This document shows positions 55,201 through 64,000 of a DNA stretch of 64,000 bases, piece after piece; positions within the stretch are counted from its first letter, which is position 1; every line of letters begins with the position of its first letter. The stretch comes from the human T2T-CHM13v2.0 reference genome, Homo sapiens: the NCBI RefSeq assembly GCF_009914755.1, contig NC_060932.1. The stretch is one strand, 5' to 3'. Under the pieces are notes generated by a model, which saw only the letters and a list, made by a program, of their open reading frames with translations, had not been told where the DNA came from and did not search any database. The position numbers and the translations under genes are program-made.

Positions 55201-55639
55201 AACAGCCCAGCAGGTTCCTTCAGTCCTTCTCACCATGAACATCTTCCACGAGGGTTATTCACATGGAACTTTGAGCAGATTCCAAGACACTCCCTCCCAG
55301 TCCCCATCCAGCTAGTCCCCATCATTATGTCCTTCCTACATCAAAACTGTAGTCATAGATGATCTCACAGAGTCTTCCAAGCTGGAGAAACAATACATGT
55401 GACTGCTCTGAAGGAGTCAGAAGATTTCTTTGAAACTATTTAATAGAAGGAAACAAAGAACAAGAGGCAGAGTATACAGAAGGTACTGGAGGGGCAGGCG
55501 TGAAGCCTGATACACTGAGATGAGTGTGGTGTTTATCCTAAGAGCAATGAAAAACCACTGAAAGGTTTTAAACAAGTAAGATAAAATTTGATTTGTGCTT
55601 CTACAAGATGACTGTGGGGAAAATGGAACCATGTGCCTT

Positions 55640-56262
55640 CTGATAATAGATACTATCATTGGCATGGTATTCCTACCAAAAACAGTAACCCCAACCTAAT
55701 CATGAGGGAACATTAGACAAACCCAAATTGAAAGTCGTTATATGAAATAATTGGCCATACTCTTAAAAACCTCAAGGTCATAAAAGACGGACTGGGAAAG
55801 TCTTCCAGATTAAAGGAGTCTGAAGAAATGACAGCTAAATGCAATGTGGATGGGATGTGGATGAGATCCTGGACCAGAAATTACCATTTTTCTCTTTTGC
55901 TATAACGGGTTACATAGTGAATTATGACTTGGTAAAAGTGCAGACATATGTATAAGGTATACAGATTAGACACTGGTATACTATCAATGTAAATTCTCTG
56001 ATTTTGATTTTTGTACCATGGTTATGTTAGAGGATGTCCTTGCTCTTTGGAAATATACTTAAGCATTTATGGGTGAGGAGGATCATGCCTGCATCTCACT
56101 CTCAAATGGGTCAGAAAAAAATTATGTGTATACATACCAAGAGGAAATGATAAAGCAAATTTGTTAAAATGCCAATAAATTGGTAAAGGCAATTAGGAAT
56201 TGCTTGTACTATTTTTGCAGCTTTTCTGTAAATCTGTAGGATTTCAAATAAAAAGTCACACA
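55640..56262 (+). mobile_element. L1MC 3' end
   Basis: aacctaatcatgagggaacattagacaaacccaaattga ... tttcaaataaaaag. Confidence 0.7.
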
Positions 56263-56609
56263 AAAAAGATGACTCTTGATTGAGACAGGGTCAAGATGAG
56301 AATTGATGAAACTGGTGAGGAGGCTTTAGTAATGATACCTATAAAAGACGAGAATGACTACAGCAGCACTGAAGAGAAGTGACTGGATTTTAGAACTATT
56401 TAGAAGGTAAAAGTGTCAAGGCTTAATCAAAGACTGAATATGGAGCAGGGAGGAAGAGGGCTGAATCAAAGTTAACTCCCAGTTTTCTGGTTTTTATAAA
56501 AGGATACCATTTACTAAGATAGGAACTTGAAGAAAACCCTATCTGGAAGGATACATTTTCCTCTTCTGGACCCAGTCTGATCATGAAAAAAGGTTTGAGG
56601 GCATGTTGA

Positions 56610-56808
56610 ATTTTGTTTTTGTTGTTGTTTTTTTGAGACACGGTCTCTCTCTCTCTCTGTCACCCAAGCTGGAGTGCGGTGGCACAATCATGGCTCACTG
56701 CAGCCTCGACTCTCTGGGCTCAAGTGATCCTCCTGCCTCAACCTCCCAAGTCAGCTAGGACTACAGGCACACACCACCATGCCTAGCTAATTTTAAAATT
56801 TTTGGTAG
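56610..56808 (-). mobile_element. Partial Alu (right arm)
   Basis: ttttgagaca..ctggagtgcggtggcacaatc..ctaatttt. Confidence 0.85.
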
Positions 56809-56904
56809 GCATTTTGGACACATCAATCTGGAACTTGGAAAAGAGTTACTAACTAAAGATACACATTTGTAAGTTGCTGTTTGGACGGTTATTGCAGCTC
56901 TGAG

Positions 56905-57375
56905 CAATTTACTTTTTGTTATTTCAACTTGTATTTAGATTCATAGGGTACATGTGCAGGTTTGTTACCTGGTTATATTTCATTATGCTGAGGTTTGGGG
57001 TACAACTGATCCTGTCACCCAGGTAGTGAGCATAGTAGCCAAGAGTTAGTTTTTCAATCCTTGGCCCCTCCTTATCTAGCCCTTCTAGCAGTCCCCAGTG
57101 TCTACTGTTGCCATCTTTATGTCCACGTGAACCCAATGTTTAGCTCCCACTTACAAATGAGAACATGCGGTATTTGGTTTTCTATTCTTGTGTTAATTCA
57201 CCAAGAATAATGGCCTCCAGTTGCATCCATGTCACTGCAAAGGGCATGATTTCATTCTTTTTTTATGGCTGGGTAGTATTCCATGGTGTATATGTACCAC
57301 ATTTTCTTTATCCAGTCCACTGCTGAGGGGCACTTAAGTTGCTTCCATGTCTTTACTATTATGAATAGTGCTGAG
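56905..57375 (-). mobile_element. L1PB-like 3' end fragment
   Basis: gtacatgtgcaggtttgttac ... ttccatggtgtatatgtaccac; ORF has WIKKMWYIYTMEYY. Confidence 0.85.
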
Positions 57376-59636
57376 CATTTATTAAATGCCCTTAGTGGAG
57401 AATATGATGGGGCCAAGCAATGAACACCGAAGATGTCAATACATGATGGCCAATTAGAGGAAAACACATCTCCAAAGTATACAGAGAAAGAAGGGTCACA
57501 GAGGTAAGAGGAAAACCAGGAATGCATTATCATGGAGGTCAGTGCTGCTGAATGGTCAAACAAGATGAGGACTGACAAATGCCCATCACATCTAATAACA
57601 TGGAAGTCATGTGGGGCCTAAGAGGTTCTAGTGGAGTGGTGTGGGCAGAGTGAAGACTGGACAGGGTTTAGAAATGCTGAAGGGGAAAAACGAATTGAGA
57701 GAAGGTCAAAAATTGTTTTTTAAATTTTAAGTTAAAAGTGAATGATTATAATTAAATGACAAGATGGAAAAGTCCAAGACAAACCAAAGATATAATAATT
57801 TAATTAATTAGTTAATTATAATAGTAAAAGGACTCTGAAAAAGTGACGAGTATGGAATACAGAGAAGATAAAGCAATTCATTCATACAACAAATACTTAC
57901 TGAGTAGCTACCACATGCCAAGAATAGTTCTAGGCAGTGGGGATACAATGGAGAACCAAATTCCCTGCCTTTATGAAACTTACATGTAGTGGAGAAGAAA
58001 GACAATAAATATGTACTTATAATGTAATAAGTGCTACGAAGACAAAGCAGCTGAGGGGATAGAGAGGGCCAGGAATACCATTTTAGGCAACCGTGTCCTG
58101 GTCTGAGCAAAAGGAGACATCTTTTGTAAGAAACCATATGGATAGCTAACCATTCTCCTAGTAGAACTTCCCTCTGAGAGTGAAAGAATGGGAAGGGGAA
58201 GAGAGGGAACGAGAATTCCAGTGCTGAGCCAGGACCATGAGAACAGTAGAACTGGGTAAGGATGAGAGTGAACAGGAACGGGAAAACATGCAGCTGGGAT
58301 TGTCTGCCCTCGTCCAGTTCTCATCACCCAGGAAATTCATGACCCCACAGAGCAGGTTGGGCTCCCTTTTGGAATCTCTCATGGTACCTTAGATTTTATT
58401 TTTAAAGTAATTATCCTAAATATATATACTTGTTTTCTAGTCACAAGTGTAATTAAATCTTCATCTGTGTGATGTCTTTCTCCCTGATAGACTAAGTTCC
58501 ATGAGGGAAAGTAGGTTATTCTGTTCATCTCTAAATCCTCTGGTCCAGAACAGTGCAGATTTTTAAGAAACATCAAACAAACAAACATTTTGCTCTCTGG
58601 GGGAAAAAGACAATAATATCAGGCCATTTTATTAGGAAATAACCAATTGTCATGTAAACAAGCTCCTCCCAATCCAGTTTTTGGGCAATATCTGTGGGTG
58701 GCACATGTATTTCTAAATGCTGGGTGTAATTATAACTGAATTCCATCTGCTTTGCATAAAATGTAATCTGGAATTATCTCTGACTTTATCCTTACACCAC
58801 CTTACTGTGCCCCTTATCTCAGAAAAATCAATAGCTGATGATAATTTTTCTAGATGGTTCATCGGGTTATCACTGTGAATAATCATTGTACTCAGTGATG
58901 TCTTCAGGAATGACTGAGATAAACTAGAAAGCTTACCCAGCTTACTATGCTTTTGAGCTCTTAAATCTGCTTTAGATAGCTTTTCCATATCCTATCTTGT
59001 ATGTGGTGTCACTTTTTGCTACTGTAAGTATATTTGCTTCAACAAGGTAGCCACTTCTTCTATAAACTGTTTCTAAATAGTAGTATGCTGGGAAACCAAT
59101 TTCCTAAGGCAAAGTCTTATTTAAGCATAAACAGTGCTATTGTAGGCCTGAGGCAATCTGTCTCATTTAAGATATGAACTTGGGCTACATATGTGGTTCT
59201 AAATCTAAAGTTGACTTAGTATGAAAATAATGCACAGATGCCTGTCAAAAAGAAATGTCAGACTCTATGCTGTTAAGTCTCTGCAAAGGCTGCTAAATAA
59301 TTCTAAAATTCAATTCTTGGGCTCAGCAGTTGACCATTTACCAGCTCTTATGTGAATTAGCAAGAAAGATGAAATATACATGACCTCAGTTGTACTGAGC
59401 AGTTGCAGGAACATTTTACAGAAGCTCAGAAGAAGTTATAATAAAGAAGCCAATCAATAAATCAATAGAACACTTTCCATCAGCTCAGCCAAAGGAAATT
59501 ATTTTGATAAAGAACATTTTTAAGGAAACAAAGCAAACTTACGACAATATACTAGGTACTAGTAACCTTCATACTAATGGTACCATTTTTCAGCAAACTT
59601 AAAGCTCATTTTGTCTTTGGCTGCACCAGCACATAC

Positions 59637-59764
59637 CTTTGAACAAGTGGCAAAGGAAGGAAATTGAGGGTAGAAGTCATGTCCAGTCCGCAGTCCAACA
59701 TAATGGTGGTTGATTTGAATTTGAGCACATTGCATGGTAAGGTTGGGTGCCCTGACAGGCAATA
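59637..59764 (-). CDS. INTS9: INTS9 exon 2 (128 bp)
   Basis: ttttttcag acceptor, AAG|gtatgt donor; encodes [42 protein letters not shown](S). Confidence 0.97.
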
Positions 59765-60660
59765 CTGAAAAAAATTAAATCACTTTGATCAGTAATCAAT
59801 TACAGAAGAATCCTACAAAGTAAAGTGAATTAAATAACTCTGACGATCTTCTCTCATAAGACCAGCGTGTTAAGTTCAGCTAACTTTCTATGTGGTTTCC
59901 GCCCTTTTACTGCTTGGGGACTACTTTCCCTAGCCGTTCAAAATACTCAAAATTCTCAGATCACACCCATCTGTCTTTTCACAGGGTGCCAAGGCAAGCC
60001 CGGTTTTACATGGGCCACAGTTATTCAAAATAGAAGGTTTCAAGGCTATGGTTATTCATTCCGTTCTCACAAGGCACTGGTGAATTATCATTTTCCCCTT
60101 TGTATGTAAGTACTGTCTAAAGCTGTGGATGTCAATGAAACTCTAAGCTGGACACTCAAACTGTGCTCTAGGTATGGTTTTCTCCCTTTGTAAATAAGTG
60201 ACCTTCCTCAAAGAGGAACTGGTTAGAAAGGTTAACTAACAAGCATGAGTAAAGGTTTATGCTCAGTCTTGTCAGAAGAAATGACTCAAAAGGACAAGTG
60301 ACTTCCCTGATGTGCAGACACTAAGCAGGAGTGTGGGAACCTACTTCCAGACAAGTAGGAATCTCTTGCCTATGGCAGCAGAGCTCAGAAGTCAAAGGGG
60401 CACAAGCCACAATGGTGTCTTCAAAGGAGAGTGAACACAACACACTGACCCGAAACATTTCTCATGTTCTCCTCAATGTTGTGGCAGTGACAGATCTGCC
60501 ACACTGAAAATATCTATATGGGACATGCTCTGCCACCTTTAATAATTCTATTGCTGCTCCGAAGAAAAGAAATGGAAGAAGACCCTTTCCCAACTTTTAA
60601 AGCCCTCCCTTGAGCAACAGAGCCCAGAAAACAAAGGGAACAGTGTGCTGAATCCACTAG

Positions 60661-61067
<407 letters not shown>

Positions 61068-62499
61068 TAAGTCTTTCCAGGTATTTGTTGCTCTGTTGGT
61101 TCTATCTTTGTAGTGGATGAATTTTCCACTTTTCTCCAGAGGATGTTACAGGAACTGATAATTTTTTGAAAACTGCATGTTCTAAAAATGGTAAGGCCAA
61201 GAGCCAAGAAGTTGTATTTTGCAAGCTGCTTCTTCATTCCAAGTTTATGTATGATGATTATATTTTACCAAACCAAAATTCACAACTCATGATCTGAAAA
61301 GATATAAGGCACTTACGATAAAAACAATACAAATTATTTAAAACTGCAATTGTCCTGAAGAAGTCTAGGATCCATGATTTTGGTAATTACACTTTACATA
61401 AGTTCCTTCTTTGATAGGTATCAGGATTACAGAAAATTTTTTCCTCCTAATTAAGACAGAGATATTCCTGTCCCCACCCTCCATCTGGTTCCCTATTGCT
61501 ACTTGGTCTTTATCCCCATCTAAGAACTATTTGTTAAAGATAAACTATCTCAAAATGAACACAAAGCATCATGTTAAACTTGCTCCAAATATAGCAAATG
61601 TTCCAGGAAAAGCTTTCCTATATCTCTCCTTTCAAAAATAAGAAAAAATCAGATATTCAGAAAAGCATGGAAGAAAATAAAATGAAATGTGTGTAACAGT
61701 TATTTCTGAGTGGGAAGATTATTGTCCGATTTTCTTCTTTCAGCTTTCTCCATTTTCCAAAAGTTCAGCAATGAGCTTTTACTACATTTTTATAATCAGA
61801 AAAAAAATGTGATTAAAACAAAACAGACAATTTAGCCAGCCACATTGAATGACAAAATATTTTTTGTCTTCCTCCTTAATTCTAAATTATGGAGGATAAG
61901 GTACACCAGAAAACAGAATATGTAAAATTTTTAAAAGCTGATGCTCAAAAGATTTCAGCAAAGAAAGTTCGCTGGAAGACTTTACTTTTGTTACTGTCCT
62001 TAAAGGCCAAAGGCCAAAGGCCAAAGTGAGGAATGCTAACGGCTACCACCGAATGGAACAAACATTTTCAGAGCACTGACGAAAGGTGCCAGGCACCGAG
62101 CTCATTCGCCTTATTTGTATAGATGAGAAGGTTGAGCTCTACCCAGTTTCAGAAGCTTTTCTGGGAAGAGCTGAAGACACACAGCGAGGTCCCTCTGACT
62201 CCAAAGATCCCACTCATGCTTCCCAAACTGCACTGCTCACCGTGGGTCAACTGAGTGCACGGGAGCACAGAGTGGCTGCCTGAGGTTCACACACTTGTAC
62301 AGGAGGCGCTTGCAAAGGGCCCAGACCCTGTGGCCTCCAGCGATGCTCTTTGTGCAATTCCAGTTTTCTTCCTCTGTCACCAAGCAGCATATCATCTACT
62401 GAGGGTTATGAGACTAAGGCACAAAACCAGTAAGTAATTATGGAAATAAAATTATCTACAATCACACCAATCTGATTATCATTTTTATATTCCATCTTT

Positions 62500-62910
62500 T
62501 TTCATATTTGTAAAAGCTGTAATTTTAGTATTCACACTGCTGTGTGTGCTGCTTCAACTCTTGATGACTATGTTTTCCTCATGTTACATGACACTTAATT
62601 TTTATTGGCCTAAGTAAATATACCATGGTTTGTTTGGTCATTCATTCCCTTATTGTTGAACATTGAGGGTTGTTTCCTGTCACCCTACTATCACAAGCAT
62701 GGCTGTGGTGATCACTTTAGTGCGTAAGTCTTTTTCCATACTGGACTATTTTTTTAAGATGATTCCCAGAAGTAGCACTAACTGGGTCAAAAAAGATGAG
62801 TATTTTATGGCTCTTTCAATCTGCCAAAATGCTTTCCAAAAAGGACTGTACTTATTTACAATGTCATTGGTAATATATCAGAAGATCTGTTTCACTGCTC
62901 AAACCCATGA
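62500..62910 (-). mobile_element. L1ME-like fragment
   Basis: cattcccttattgttgaacatt..ctgccaaaatgctttccaaaaagg. Confidence 0.55.
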
Positions 62911-63039
62911 GCATTATATTCAAAACCATTTAGAATCTGTACTGAAATGCAGCTATCACCCTAGTAGTAGCCATGTAGAGGTAATTAAATGACCCTAACC
63001 AAGGAAAGTTAACTATTTGATAAGTGGCTTTAGTTCTGA

Positions 63040-63260
63040 GAGGCAGTTTGGTGCAATGATATGAAGTAGGGAGTTTGAAGTTAAGACTGCCTGGGCTCAA
63101 ATCTTGGCTGCACTCAGTGTTAATGTGTGATTTTGGGAAAGTTACTTAACTTTGGACTGTTAAGGTGCAGTAATAGAACCTATCCTTGTAGCAGAGTTGC
63201 TGGGAGGACTAAATGAATGGATACACTGCCTGGTACACAGTAAGTGCTCTTAGTTACTAT
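63040..63260 (+). mobile_element. MIR
   Basis: agactgcctgggctcaaatcttggct..gtgattttgggaaagttacttaac..tgcctggtacacagtaagtgctc. Confidence 0.7.
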
Positions 63261-63560
63261 CAGTTATAAAATCATTAAGGGGCTGAAGAGGTCATTTAAG
63301 TTTGGATGGAGTAATTTATATTCTACAGCGGCATTCACTAACATCTTTACATGTGTATCCCCTAAGACTAGGTGAAGTGAATGAACAATTTTATAAATAG
63401 TTCCCATTTTGCTGGTCTGCTCTTCAGGAAGATAGATCCACTAGTAAGTACAGAATAATCTTTATTTTTTTCTAGCTTAACAAGCCCATAGCAATGCTTT
63501 CATGTTCATTTTATTCCTACTTAATTAAAAAGCTACAAGTTTTTCTGTGATCACAATCTA

Positions 63561-64000
<440 letters not shown>

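Larger units (their letters stand above)
54435..58090 (-). mobile_element. Fragmented L2 remnants with nested L1/Alu inserts
   Basis: cattcattcatttattcaaaaaatatt, cactgaaaggttttaaacaag and cattcatacaacaaatacttactgag motifs. Confidence 0.55.

Noticed and set aside
62001-62026. (aaaggcc)x3 and similar short duplications near 43935 and 52510
   Set aside because: Ordinary slippage; no spacers, so not CRISPR-like

Overview
Human-like (Alu/L1PA-rich primate) genomic DNA lying inside INTS9 (Integrator subunit 9), which is transcribed on the minus strand. Seven coding exons (exons 2-8) are present with canonical AG/GT ends and continuous reading frame; exon 1 and exons 9+ lie outside the window. The rest is intron: about 30 Alus, two young 5'-truncated L1PA copies in inverted orientation, older L1/L2/MIR remnants, a near full-length Tigger2, MITEs, solo LTRs, an RPL36A processed pseudogene and microsatellites. 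Almost all listed ORFs are spurious or repeat-derived. I found no new gene system. The best leads are (i) an apparent ~0.8 kb gene-conversion tract between the two inverted L1s that bracket exons 5-6, (ii) several short local templated duplications and fold-backs, and (iii) a candidate NAGNAG microexon after exon 4. Repeat subfamily names come from recalled consensus sequences, alignments were done by eye, and boundaries of old repeats are approximate.
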